Shown here piece after piece: positions 1 through 12,506 of a stretch of 64,000 nt of DNA (the stretch's first letter is position 1; every line of letters starts with the position of its first letter). The stretch comes from Eledone cirrhosa. Lineage: Eukaryota. The DNA is taken from contig OZ024741.1 in assembly GCA_964016885.1 (NCBI GenBank), positions 240,622,001-240,686,000 of the forward strand. Reading direction: 5' to 3'. The position numbers and the translations under genes were made by a program. The notes beneath the pieces were generated by a model. The model was not told the DNA's origin and made no database searches. It worked only from the letters and a program-made list of their open reading frames with translations.

Positions 1-49
1 CTGTTGATAGTATCTTTACTAGTAAGCAGACTGTTGTGGAAATCTGTAA

Positions 50-345
50 TCTATAATATTATAAAGCTGAGTGTCGTGTGTATTATGTATGTATGTATGT
101 GTCCTACACACCTCCCTATAGTTTCTTAGCTTTACTCTCTCTGTCGCTCTTCCCTCTCTCTATAATAGATCATTCCACTCCTCTATAATTTAACTGCTTT
201 ACTCTCTCTGTCACTCTTCACTCTCAAATATTATAAAGCGTCGTCTCTCTCTATAATTTAACTGCTTTACCTCTCTGTCTCTCTTCACTCTCTATATGAC
301 AACACTCTTTTACTTTCCGTATCTACCTTCAATATATCAATATCT
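50..345 (+). mobile_element. Helitron-like non-autonomous element, 5' part with internal CT-rich tandem repeats
   Basis: A|TCTATAATATTATAAAGCTGA start followed by (TATG)n, typical of invertebrate non-autonomous Helitron 5' ends; repeated CTCTATAATTTAACTGCTTTAC; no 3' end seen before the gap. Confidence 0.35.
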
Positions 346-406
346 ATACCCAGGTTCTGCTGCACGTCGGGCTGAGGGGCCCAACTCCTCAAAGAGTTGC
401 AGCCTG

Positions 407-606
407 NNNNNNNNNNNNNNNNNNNNNNNNNNNNNNNNNNNNNNNNNNNNNNNNNNNNNNNNNNNNNNNNNNNNNNNNNNNNNNNNNNNNNNNNNNNNNN
501 NNNNNNNNNNNNNNNNNNNNNNNNNNNNNNNNNNNNNNNNNNNNNNNNNNNNNNNNNNNNNNNNNNNNNNNNNNNNNNNNNNNNNNNNNNNNNNNNNNNN
601 NNNNNN
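407..606. other. Assembly gap (200 N)
   Basis: Run of N. Confidence 1.
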
Positions 607-1116
607 GATGAAAATCTCAACACAGGAAAAGTATTAACTTGGTTTGTACCAATTAATTGACACATAATTGGTATCGGTCATATTGACGATTAATCAGTAT
701 TGGAGAATTTTTTTACTGATTAATTGGTTTTGATAATCAGCCATTATTGATTTTTTTGTTATTATTCACAGGCACATGTAATGGAGCAAGAAAATCAAGA
801 AAAAACTTTGGATTCAATGTGTAGAAATACATAAGAAATGTATATTATTTCCTAGGACACTCAATATAAGCCCACCAGTGTAACACAACTCTGTTCCAAG
901 TGCTTGAACATGTTGATTTACACGATTGGAAATTTCATGAGACTGGCCAGCTGTAACTTTCTGTAGGTTAGAAGACAGTCAATCGACAAGATCCCAGACC
1001 TCATTTGCTTAACAAGTGTGGTGGACCTTGTCAAATGAGACCAAGGAAACAATGTCTCCATTGGTTTTTTTCCAATTGCTAATACTATCCGGTCACTAAT
1101 ACTATACTGATCCAGG

Positions 1117-1240
1117 CAGAAAGAGCAACATGAAATAAAGTGACTTGCTCAAGGACTTAACGCATTGCCTGGTCTGGGAATTGAACTGACAACCTCATGA
1201 TTGGGAATCCAATTCTCTAACCACTCAGCCATGTGCCTTC
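1117..1240 (-). mobile_element. tRNA-derived SINE, 5' part (family B)
   Basis: Minus strand has A box TGGCTGAGTGG, B box GTTCAATTCC, then CCTTGAGCAAGTCACTTTATTTCA; a related copy is at 19540-19682. Confidence 0.75.
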
Positions 1241-1575
1241 ACTGCAGTTTAAAGAGTGTTAATTAGAAGAGAGACCCTCCTACCCACCTGAGAGTATGCT
1301 TGATATTTTAAAAAGGAACTAATCTAAAAATTATGAAGATTCTGATTACATGTTTCTTTAAAGGTATTCCCAAATCTTTCCAATAATAAGGTTTCCAGTT
1401 ATCTTACTCAAACAAAATATAAAACTTAATCATCAAATTTAAGATCTCGTGAATTACAATGTAAAAACATCACAATTTCTCTAATTTCAAAACATAGTTG
1501 ACCCTTTACATCATAGAGTAAAACCAGCCTAGATTTGTCATCATTTGCTCTCAAATAGTAACTCAATAATTGTGG

Positions 1576-1830
1576 TTCTTCTTCTTCTTTGCCGACTTAT
1601 TCCTGAGAGGGCTGTGGAGGCAGAGTCCTCAAACACTCTTTCCAGCAGATCCTGTCAGAAGCAAACGTCTCCAACTGATCCGGCTGGATCCCCAAATGTG
1701 ACCATCCAAACTCATGGATGTTATCCAACCATCTTGCTCAGGGTCTACCCTTGGGTTTCCTACCTGTTAGTTTTGCCCGTATAATCTGTCCAGTGATTCT
1801 TTCCTGAGACATTCTAACCACATGCCCATA
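1576..1830 (-). mobile_element. 3' fragment of a second RTE-clade LINE family
   Basis: Minus translation YGHVVRMSQERITGQIIRAKLTGRKPKGRP*ARWLDNI...DRICWKECLRTLPPQPSQE*, then a (GAA)n tail. Confidence 0.75.
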
Positions 1831-2075
1831 GTATGAAATATAATATATTATTTACATTTAATTATAATATACCTTTTTATATCACAATACATAATTACAT
1901 TATAGATAGACAGTAGATGATTAATTTGTTTCAGTTGATGAGGTGCAGCTGTTTAATCAGTAATCAGTAAATGACCACTTTGTTTATTGGTGGATCCTTA
2001 ACATTAACCTAGAGAAAATATAAAGCAATGAGTTTAATTCTCTATAGTTTTTCAGGTCATATCAGAGAAATTTAA

Positions 2076-2305
2076 CCCTTTTGATACCAAATCACCTCAA
2101 ACTGGCTCTGGTTCTATCACATGGGACTACCCATTTTATAAGGTTCTGGGACTACCCATTTTATAAGGTTCCTAGTTAAATTCAAATACTTTTATATAAA
2201 GACCATTTGTTAAGTTATATTACAAATATAATCTTAGTAATGAAATAAATTCTTCATTAAATGATTAAAACAGTGTATTTCATTAGAAGTATAGTTACAA
2301 AGGGG
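2076..2305. mobile_element. piggyBac-like MITE
   Basis: TTAA|CCCTTTTG...CAAAGGGG|TTAA ends; internal direct repeat GGGACTACCCATTTTATAAGGTT. Confidence 0.55.
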
Positions 2306-2314
2306 TTAAAACTA

Positions 2315-3385
2315 GCTGTAAATGGAAACGTCTGTATGCTGATGACCTAGTTCTTAAATATTAATTTGTCAAAGAATTAGAGAAGGAATATCAAATATGG
2401 AAGCAAAGCCTAGAAAAGAGAGACCTTAAAATAAATTTGGCAAGGACAAAAGTTTTAATTAAGAAGAAAGAAAACAGCACTCTGCTGCCATCTAGGCAGT
2501 GGCTATACTTGATATGCATAAAAGGAATGTAAGTTATGGTTACATAAAAATTGCAGAGGGGTCGTCACAGACAGGCTGATTGAGAAGAGAGACTTTCTAT
2601 GTGGCTGATTGACATGAGTAGATAGCTGTAAGAGCACCAATAAAATAAATGGAGGGCTGCACAGAAGTAGTCAACAGTTTTTGTTTTCTAGATGATCTAA
2701 TTAATAATTGTTTCTACTTTTGGCACAAGGCCAGCAATTACCCAGTGCATTACTGGTACTTTATTTTATCGACCCCGTAAGGATGAAAGGCAAAGTCAAC
2801 CTCGGCGGGATTTGAACTCAGATCATAAAGGGACGTAACTATGCTGGAAAGCATGGCGTCCGACCCTCTACCGATACTGCCAATCCACCGCCTTATAATT
2901 GTTTCTACTTTAGGCACAAGGCCAGAAATTACCCAGTGCATTACTGGTACTTTATTTTATCGACCCCGTAAGGATGAAAGGCAAAGTCAACCTCGGTGGG
3001 ATTTGAACTCAGATCGTAAAGGGACGTAACTATGCTGGAAAGCATGGCGTCCGACCCTTCACCGATACTGCCAATCCACCGTCCTTGATCTAATTAATAA
3101 TGATGATCTAATTAATAATGAAAGTGGGTATACTGAATGCATAGTACTTAGAATAAGTACTATGTGCAGAGCAAATTGTATGATATTTGTGTACAAAGTG
3201 TGATATTGTATGGCAGTGAAATATAACCATTTAATGCAGAGGATGTGTGAAGATCAGAATGAGGTGAGTATGCTGCACTGCATGTGTAATGTTAGTAAAA
3301 ATAAACTACACAATGCAGATGAGTTAAAAAAACCAATAGGTATAAGAGGAATCAGTTGAGTTGTACAAGACAGGAGACTATTGTG
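2315..3385 (+). pseudogene. Old degenerate RTE ORF fragment, interrupted by a SINE dimer
   Basis: Reads LYADDLVL and ELEKEYQIWKQSLEKRDLKINLARTKVLI; later matches LYGSE and GIRGI; colinear with the 14754-16790 ORF. Confidence 0.8.
2705..3085 (-). mobile_element. Tandem dimer of tRNA-related SINE (family A)
   Basis: Two ~190-bp units GGCGGTGGATTGGCAG...GAGTTCAAATCC...GCCTTTCATCCTTACGGGGTCGATAAAAT...TAGAAACAATT; flanking duplication TGATCTAATTAATAAT at 2693 and 3086. Confidence 0.85.
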
Positions 3386-3619
3386 GTGAGTATAGGAAAA
3401 ACTTCATAAGGGATTGTAGCATGTGACAAAATGCTGTACAAAGAGCATCTATTCAATTAATGATATTATGTTTAAAAAAAAAAAAAAAAAGAGCCAACCT
3501 TCCAGGTTTGACTTAGGAAACATAATTTTCATTGTGCTTTTTTATTACTCATATTAGCTGTTTGGCATAACTCCTAGCAAATATTTCACTGCTTTTCTAG
3601 TGACAGGAAACAGGATTTC

Positions 3620-3855
3620 AGCTAATAACAGACAGAAATGGAATAAAATAAAGCAAGGTATATTATCCTGTCTGGCACTTTAACAATTCTGCCAATTCAT
3701 TACCCAACTACTGCTACTTTATTCACTGACTCCGAAATGATGAAAAGCAAAGTTGACCTTAGTGGGATTTGAACTCAGAGCACAGAGAGTCAGAACAAAT
3801 AGCACTACAAAGCATCTTTCCAATACTCTAATGATTCTGCCATTTCACTGCCTAA
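3620..3855 (-). mobile_element. Degenerate SINE family A pieces
   Basis: GATGAAAAGCAAAGTTGACCT...GGGATTTGAACTCAG similarity to family A. Confidence 0.6.
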
Positions 3856-4569
3856 GAATGGAAAAACAGACGTAAAATAGTGTTGCTGCTGGTGATAATG
3901 ATAATGATGATGATGATGATGATGAGTGCAAATATGAACACATGGAAAATATGAAGGGAAGGAATTTATCAACCTAGTGATTGAAGTTTTGGAGATTACT
4001 CTGCTTGGAAAACTGAAAATTAATAAATAATGGAAAAGTAAAAACAAAACCATCAGTAAGAGAGAATGATAATGAGAATTCTAAGTTGTCTTCAGTTTTC
4101 AATAAATTATTAGATATTTTTTTCTTATCTTTGCAAGGTTTAGCGAACATATTTGAAAATCTAATAAGAGAGCTTTTTAAGAATTTACATGTAAAAACAT
4201 CTGAAAAGACACTTTATATTTTAAAACTGTATTTCTCATTGGTAATCTAAATATGTTGTTTATTTATGAGGAAATATTCACTATCACAACAACATCAACA
4301 ACATCAACAACAACAACAGTTACACGAACAATAACAACCATAACGGTAATGGCAACATCAACAATAATTGCAACTATAACAACTACAAGAATAGTGACAA
4401 CAACAGCAGCAACAGCAACAAACAACAAAACAAGTACAGTAACATCAACAACTACATCAGCAGAAACAACAACAACAGTGATAATTAACCAGTAGGTAGA
4501 GAGGGAGAGAGAGAGAGAGAGAGAGAGTGTTTGATAGTGAAAGAGATCAAGAGAAAGCACGATATATCA

Positions 4570-4807
4570 TTATCATCATCATCATCATCATCTTCGTTTA
4601 ACGTCCATCTTCCACGCTAGCATGGGTTAGACGGAAGTTGTCCCAATTTGAGGCAAGGTTGGTCGGGTGACCGTGTCTCGCTCATATAGGACAATCTGGC
4701 AGGTTTTCTACGGCTGGATGCCCTTCCTAACACCAACTACATTTACAGTGTGGAACTGGGAACTTTTTACTGTGTTACCTATACGTCCACATTACAGCGT
4801 GGACTGT

Positions 4808-4808
<1 letters not shown>
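4570..4808 (-). mobile_element. RTE 3' UTR fragment with (GAT)n tail
   Basis: CTGGATGCCCTTCCTAACACCAAC core shared with the 3' UTR of the 14357-16790 element. Confidence 0.8.
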
Positions 4809-4858
<50 letters not shown>

Positions 4859-4948
4859 CAACATAAATGGACCTGTTATTTTTCACAAAAAATATTTTTT
4901 CCGATTCCGCCCCACCCGTCCCTGCAATCTTTCTAATTTCTCATTCTT

Positions 4949-4984
4949 TCTTTTGATGAAGGACTAGCGTCCGAAACGTTAAGA
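4949..4984 (+). ncRNA. Minimal type I hammerhead-like motif (C3U variant)
   Basis: TCTT-TTGATGA-A-GGAC(TAGC)GTCC-GAA-ACGT-T-AAGA: palindromic helix III ACGT, short helix I. Confidence 0.45.
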
Positions 4985-5229
4985 CCCTCTTCCTGCTATT
5001 TCAAGCATTAACCTAAAGATATTCCTTCCATATACTGTACCGATTCTGTTGTTATTTCTGTTTACCTTTTACACACACACACACACACATATATATATAT
5101 TGAAGGAGATAAATAGATAGAGATGATTAGTTGTAGTCTTTGGGTCATGTCCTGACATTTCATCCTGAATTTTCCAAAATATAAAAAAATAAAACATAAT
5201 TCGCTACAATAGCAGCAGACATAACAATT

Positions 5230-8200
5230 ATAACAACAACTTTCACAAAAATGACACTACCACCACCAACAACAACAACCATATCACCATCAACACCACC
5301 ACCCAACAACACCACCACCAACACCACCATAAACAACCACAACACCACCAACAACACCATAAACAACAACACCACCACCAACAACACCATAAACAACCAC
5401 AACACCACCAACAACACCATAAACAACAACACCACCAGCAACAACACCATAAACACCACCACCACCACCAACACCACCATAAACAACCACAACACCACCA
5501 ACAACAACACCATAAACAACCACAACACCACCAACAACGCCATAAACAACAACAACACCACCAACACCACCATAAACAACCACAACACCACCAACAACAC
5601 CATAAAAAACCACAACACCACAACACCACCATAAACAACCACAACACCACCAACCCCACCATAAACAACCACAACACCACCAACACCACCATAAACAACC
5701 ACAACACCACCAACAACACCACCAACAACACCATAAACAACCAAAACACCACCAACACCACCACCAACAACACCATAAACAACCACAACAGCACCAACAC
5801 CACCATAAACAACCACAACACCACCAAGAACACCACCAACAACATCATAAACAACCAAAACACCACCAACACCACCACCAACAACACCATAAACAACCAC
5901 AACACCACCAACACCACCATAAACAACCACAACACCACCAACAACACCATAAACAACCACAACACCACCATAAACAACCACAACACCACCAACACCACCA
6001 CCAACAACCACAACACCACCAACAATACCATAAACAACCACAACACCACCATAAACAACCAAAACACCACCAACAACACCACCAACAACACCATAAACAA
6101 CCACAACACCACCAACAACACCACAACACCACCATAAACAACCACAACACCACCAACAACACCACCAACAACACCATAAACAACCACAACACCACCAACA
6201 ACACCACCAACAACACCATAAACAACCACAACACCACCAACACCACCAACAACAACACCATAAACAACCACAACACCACCAACAACACCACCAACAACAC
6301 CATAAACAACCACAACACCACCAACAACACCACAACACCACCATAAACAACCACAACACCACCAACAACACCATAAACAACCACAACAACACCAACACCA
6401 CCATAAACAACCAGAACACCACCATAAACAACCAAAACACCACCAACAACACCACAACACCACCATAAACAACCACAACACCACCAACAACACCATAAAC
6501 AACCACAACAACACCAACACCACCATAAACAACCACAACACCACCATAAACAACCAAAACACCACCAACACCACCACCAACAACACCATAAACAAACACA
6601 ACACCACCAACACCACCATAAACAACCACAACAACACCAACACCACCATAAACAACCACAACACCACCAACAACACCATAAACAACCACAACACCACCAT
6701 AAACAACCACAACACCACCAACAACACCACCAACAACACCATAAACAACCACAACACCACCAACAACACCATAAACAACCACAACACCACCAACAACACC
6801 ACCAACAACACCATAAACAACCACAACACCACCAACACCACCATAAACAACCACAACACCACCAACAACACCACCAACAACACCACCAACAACACCACCA
6901 ACAACACCATAAACAACCACAACACCACCAACAACACCACCAACAACACCATAAACAACCACAACACCACCAACAACACCATAAACAACCACAACACCAC
7001 CAACACCACCATAAACAACCAAAACACCACCAACAACACCACCAACAACACCATAAACAACCACAACACCACCAACAACACAATAAACAACCACAACAAC
7101 ACCAATACCACCAACAACACCACAACACCACCATAAACAACCACAACACCACCAACAACACCATAAACAACCGCAACAACACCAACACCACCATAAACAA
7201 CCACAACACCACCATAAACAACCAAAACACCACCAACACCACCACCAACAACACCATAAACAACCACAACACCACCAACACCACCATAAACAACCACAAC
7301 AACACCAACACCACCATAAACAACCACAACACCACCATAAACAACCAAAACACCACCAACAACACCACCAACAACACCATAAACAACCACAACACCACCA
7401 ACATCACCATAAACAACCACAACACCACCAACAACACCATAAACAACCACAACACCACCAACAACACCATAAACAACCACAACACCACCAACAACACCAT
7501 AAACAACCACAACACCACCAACAACACCACCAACAACACCATAAACAACCACAACACCACCAACAACACCATAAACAACCACAACACCACCAACAACACC
7601 ACCAACAATCCCATAAACAACCACAACACCACCAACAACACCATAAACAACCACAACACCACCAACAACACCATAAACAACCACAACACCACCAACAACA
7701 GTAACATCAACAACAACATCAACACCACTACCCCAAACGACAACAAAATCAACAATAAGATCAACAACACCAACACCACCACCACCAACACCACCACCAA
7801 CAACAACAACACCACCACCAACAACAACAAGAACACCACAACCACCACCACCACCACCAACAATAACAACACCACAACCAACCACAATAACAACCACAAT
7901 CACATCAACAATAGCAACACCACCAACAACATCAACAACAACCACACCACCACCAACAACAACAACAACATCAGCAATAACAACTACAACAGCACCACCA
8001 CCACCAACAACAACATCAACAACAACCACACCACCACCAACAACATCAGCAATAACAACTACAACATCACCACCACCACCACCACCAACAACACCAACCA
8101 CAACACCAACCACAACACCAACTACAACAACAACAACAACACCAACCACAACAACAATCACAACCACAACCACAACCACAACAACAACAACAACACCACC

Positions 8201-8562
8201 ACCAACAATAAGAGATAACACCAACCCCACCAGCAATATTAACAACAACAACACCAACACCAACCACAACCACAACAACAACAACAACACCAACCACAAC
8301 CACAACAACAACAACAACACCAACCACAACCACAACAACAACACCAACCACAACAACAACACCAACACCAACCACAACAACAACACCAACACCAACCACA
8401 ACAACAACACCAACCACAACCACAACAACAACAACAACACCAACACCAACCACAACCACAACAACAACAACACCAACCACAACAACAACAACACCAACAC
8501 CAACCACAACCACAACCACAACAACACCAACACCAACCACAACCACAACAACAACAACATAA
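5230..8562. repeat. C/A-rich satellite, ~30-bp unit ACCATAAACAACCACAACACCACCAACAAC, decaying into (CAA/CCA)n
   Basis: Visible tandem units with variable numbers of trinucleotides. Confidence 0.95.
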
Positions 8563-8651
8563 CCTCATTCATTAACAAATCAAGACATTGATTTTTTTCA
8601 TTTACTCTAATTATTATTATTTTTATGTTTATATATTTAGTATTTAGGGTA

Positions 8652-9200
8652 ATGTGTGTGTGTGTGTGTTTATGTGTTTGTGGTATGTGTGTGTGTGGTA
8701 TGTGTGTGTGTGTGTGGGTTTATGTGTTTGTGGTATGTGTGTGTGTGTGTGTTTATGTGTTTGTGGTGTGTGTGTGTTTATGTGTTTGTGGTATGTGTGA
8801 GTGTTTATGTGTTTGTGGTATGTGTATGTGTGTGTGTGGGGGTTTATGGGTTTGTGGTATGTGTGTGTGGCATGTGTGTGTGTGTGTGTTTATGTGTTTG
8901 TGGTATGTGTGCGTGTGGCATGTGTGTGGGTTTATGTGTTTGTGGTATGTGTGTGTGGCATGTGTGTGTTTATGTGTTTGTCGTATGTGTGTGGGTTTAT
9001 GTGTTTGTGGTATGTGTGTGTGTGACATGTGTGTGTGTGTGTGGGTTTATGTGTTTGTGGTATGTGTGTGTGGCATGCGCGTGTGTGTGTGTGTTTATGT
9101 GTTTGTGGTATGTGTGCGTGTGGCATGTGTGTGGGTTTATGTGTTTGTGGTATGTGTGAGTGGCATGTGTGTGTTTATGTGTTTGTCGTATGTGTATGGC
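8652..9200. repeat. (GT)n-derived minisatellite GTTTATGTGTTTGTGGTAT(GT)n
   Basis: Tandem units seen directly. Confidence 0.9.
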
Positions 9201-9494
9201 ATATAATAATAATAATAATAATAATAATGAAATTATTGTGTACAGTGCTCAGGTGCACTACAACTCATCAAAGGTGCATGTATAGTACATAGAATAATGT
9301 ACAAATGTCAGGAAAATAAACAGTGTATGAGTCATGATATAATAACAATAATGTGTGTGGGTTTATGTGTTTGTGGTATGTGTGTGTGGCATGTGTGTGT
9401 GTGTTTATGTTTATGGTGTATTTGTGGTGTGCGTGTATTTCTGTGTTTGTTTATGGTGTATTTGTGGTGTATGTGTGTCTGTTTATGGTGTGTG

Positions 9495-9670
9495 TGTATG
9501 TATCTTGTGTGTGTGTGTGTATTTCTTTGTGGTGTGGCTGTGTTTGTTGTGTGTGTATGTATCTTGTGTGTGTGTGTATTTCTTTGTGGTGTGGCTGTGT
9601 TTGTTGTGTGTGTATGTATCTTGTGTGTGTGTGTATTTCTTTGTGGTGTGGCTGTGTTTGTTGTGTGTGT
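9495..9670. repeat. ~57-bp tandem repeat, 3 copies
   Basis: GTATGTATCTT(GT)nATTTCTTTGTGGTGTGGCTGTGTTTGTT repeated. Confidence 0.85.
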
Positions 9671-10049
9671 AAGTGTTTGTCATATATATGCTTGAATGTG
9701 GTGTTTATTGTATATAATAATTGTTTCTACTTTAATTGTATATAATAATGTTTGTTTATTGTATATATGTGTATGCATGTGGTGTGGGTGTGTTTGTGGT
9801 ATATGTGTGTGTATGTGGGAGTGTGCTTCCCAAGTAAATATGAGGTATTGCACCACCATTTATCATTGAAGCATCTCAGCATTGAAGTAAACAATAACTG
9901 TAAAATATTGGACATAGGACATTGTGGAGATGCCTTGGTATATGTTTGTATATCTATACAGACACATACAAAAACGTATATATATATATATATATTTGGA
10001 GTAGATATACAGTATTAATAAATGGAAACTATATTTATAAAACCATATT

Positions 10050-10114
10050 TATTTCATTATATATATTTCAAGGATATCAAGTTAAATCATGGTATGCCTT
10101 CATCAGATAAAATA
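10050..10114 (-). ncRNA. Type I hammerhead motif (mirror copy)
   Basis: Reverse complement of 10219-10283. Confidence 0.6.
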
Positions 10115-10218
10115 CAATATATAACAGTTTTACAAATAGATAATTGACATACCCTTTCAAAAGGTCACCTTTTTGAAAGGGTATGTCAATTATCTATTTG
10201 TAAAACTGTTATATATTG

Positions 10219-10283
10219 TATTTTATCTGATGAAGGCATACCATGATTTAACTTGATATCCTTGAAATATATATAATGAAATA
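10219..10283 (+). ncRNA. Type I hammerhead ribozyme motif
   Basis: TATTTTAT-CTGATGA-[AGG...CCTT helix II]-GAA-ATATATAT-A-ATGAAATA; 8-bp helix I, palindromic helix III, AUA site. Confidence 0.65.
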
Positions 10284-10437
10284 AATATGGTTTTATAAAT
10301 ATAGTTTCCATTTATTAATACTGTATATCTACTCCAAATATTTGTCGAGTGCTTTATATCAGTTATAATAATATTTGCTTGTTGTATCCCAACAATTTAA
10401 ATTGAATTTTTGCATATATATATATATATATATATAT

Positions 10438-10803
10438 ACCTCCCAGCCCCACACTGTAAATGTCGTTGGTGTTAGGAAGGGCATCCAGCTGTAGAAAACC
10501 CGCCAGATAGTCCTATGCGAGCAAGATAACCACTCTTGCCTCAAGTGGGAAAACCCTCCGTCCAAACCCATGCAAGCATGGAACACGGACGTTAAACGAT
10601 GATGATGATGATGATGATGATGATGATACATGCACACACACACAAACACACACATGCACACACATATATATGAGCTGACCTTAAATAACTGAAACTCAAA
10701 GAGGCAATGACAAAGGATTGTGACATGTGGAGAGATGCCGTGCTGAGAGGGATCTGTCCAACACATGCAAGCATGGAAAAGTGGACGTAAAAATAATGAT
10801 GAT
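10438..10803 (+). mobile_element. Two RTE 3'-end fragments with (GAT)n tails
   Basis: GTTAGGAAGGGCATCCAG core; GCAAGCATGGAA...GGACGT then (GAT)n. Confidence 0.75.
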
Positions 10804-10812
10804 ATATATATA

Positions 10813-11222
10813 CGAGGGTAATCCCAAAAGTAAGGTCTCCAAAGCGATGGGAACGCAGAGAAACTGTTTGTACGGCTGTTGGCAACACTGTTGTGATTGG
10901 TGCTTCCTTCACTCCCAAATAAGCATGCGCGCGCTTCGCTGGGATGCTCAATCTTGGCTTGGCAGCCGTTGAGAATGGAGTTCCCGTTGAAAGCTACCAC
11001 CAAGTGCGAATTTCGTGCAGTTATTATATACGAGGGCAATCCCAAAAGTATGGTCTACTTCCGAGGAAAACATGCGTAAAGATCGGCGGATCAAGCTGGA
11101 TGTTCTCTGCATTTTGGTTCCTGAGGTTTTCCGAAGCACCATCCACAGGATTTTAATGGAAAAGTTGCAATATCGGAAGTTGCAATATCGTAAGGAATAC
11201 TTTATTTTTGGGATTGCCCTCG
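10813..11222 (+). mobile_element. Mariner-type non-autonomous element(s) with three TIR copies
   Basis: TA|CGAGGGTAATCCCAAAAGTA at 10813, TA|CGAGGGCAATCCCAAAAGTA at 11031, inverted TTTTGGGATTGCCCTCG|TA ending 11222; MEFPLKATTKCEFRAVI resembles a mariner transposase N-terminus. Confidence 0.75.
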
Positions 11223-11454
11223 TATATATGTATATATATGTGTGTTTGTCTCTTCTCTTTGCATTCAGCATTGTTGATGGTGATATTTGTTTATATCCTA
11301 CATAAACAGAGATCCAGCTGGTCAGTGGTGAGATATACAAAGATCCATATTTTACTTAAAAGCAAGAGATGGTTGGTGTTAGGAAGGGCATCCAACCAAA
11401 TAATTCTGCTTCAACCCATGCTAGCATGGAAAAATGTATGGAAAACTGATGATA

Positions 11455-11500
<46 letters not shown>

Positions 11501-11555
11501 GTAAGAAAGAGAGATAACGTATATACTCTACAGCTAGCCATGCATTACAAATAAT

Positions 11556-11620
<65 letters not shown>

Positions 11621-11881
11621 GGTGCGGACGATATTTGTTCGGAATTTTCAACTGCTAATTTTATGCAAATTTTTTTTACTTCCGTTGTCACTCTTGTCTT
11701 CATAAAAACAGTGACTATATTTCCATTATTTATTTTCAGAATAATTGATTATGAATAATTTTGAACCTCCAAATTTGTGGAAGAGTCACAGAATTCTTCT
11801 TGGAATCCGCGCCGGGACGACAAATAAGGAAATTTCAGAAACTCCCAGAACAACAGGTGGCACGCTGTCTCATCCAAAGAT

Positions 11882-12361
11882 GTGCCCAGAGTCATGCAGA
11901 CAAAGTTTCCAGCGACAACATTGGTCTTAGGTGTGGTCAGCAGTCAAGGTGACATCATGCCACCTCACTTCTTCCTTGAGGGCCTCAAGCTGAACACTGA
12001 TGGCTACATCCACGTTCTGAACGAGGTAGTAAAGCCCTGGATCGACCAGGTAGCTGCAGGTAGGCTGTACATGTGGCAGCAAGACTCAGCGCCTTGCCAT
12101 ACCAGCCGAAAGACCCAAGCCTGGCTGTCAGAGAACTTCTTCGACTGCACTTCACCTGACATCTGGCCTCCCAGCTCGCCTGACTGCAACCCCCTCAACT
12201 TCTTTGTGTGGGGTGCAGTGGAACGAGACACCAACAGATCTAGCTGCAATACGAAAGACGATCTGAAAGCCAGGATCACAAGTGCCTTTAGGGGCCTAAG
12301 TCAGGGGACAGTGACGAAGGCCTGTAGCCTGTTTCGAGGCCGCCTTGAGGCCGTCATATAA
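11882..12361 (+). pseudogene. DD37D-type transposase C-terminal fragment
   Basis: WQQDSAPCH...WPPSSPDCNPLN: 37 residues separate the second D from the third catalytic position (here N); N-terminal half mostly deleted. Confidence 0.88.
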
Positions 12362-12506
12362 GCCAATAGCGGGTTTATCGAGTGAGATCGAAGGAACAAG
12401 TCATGAAGACAAACTGACCCAAGTTTGATAAATATATCTTAAAAAATAAAACTACTGTTATTTTTTCCTAGACAGTAATCTTGCGAACAAATATCGTCCG
12501 CACCCT

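Larger units (their letters stand above)
9992..10405. mobile_element. Fold-back element (near-perfect ~175-bp arms, 9992-10341) plus unique tail, flanked by (TA)n; Penelope/retrozyme-like
   Basis: Axis AAAAGGT-C-ACCTTTTT at 10166; each arm carries a hammerhead motif; homologous to 62755-63000. Confidence 0.75.

Noticed and set aside
3975-4200. Short open frame after a TTTTCAG acceptor on the minus strand
   Set aside because: No convincing donor and no recognisable protein similarity
5160-8578. Gly/Val/Tyr-rich ORFs resembling structural proteins
   Set aside because: All three minus frames are open and the GVVVVY register jumps between frames, as expected for a simple repeat
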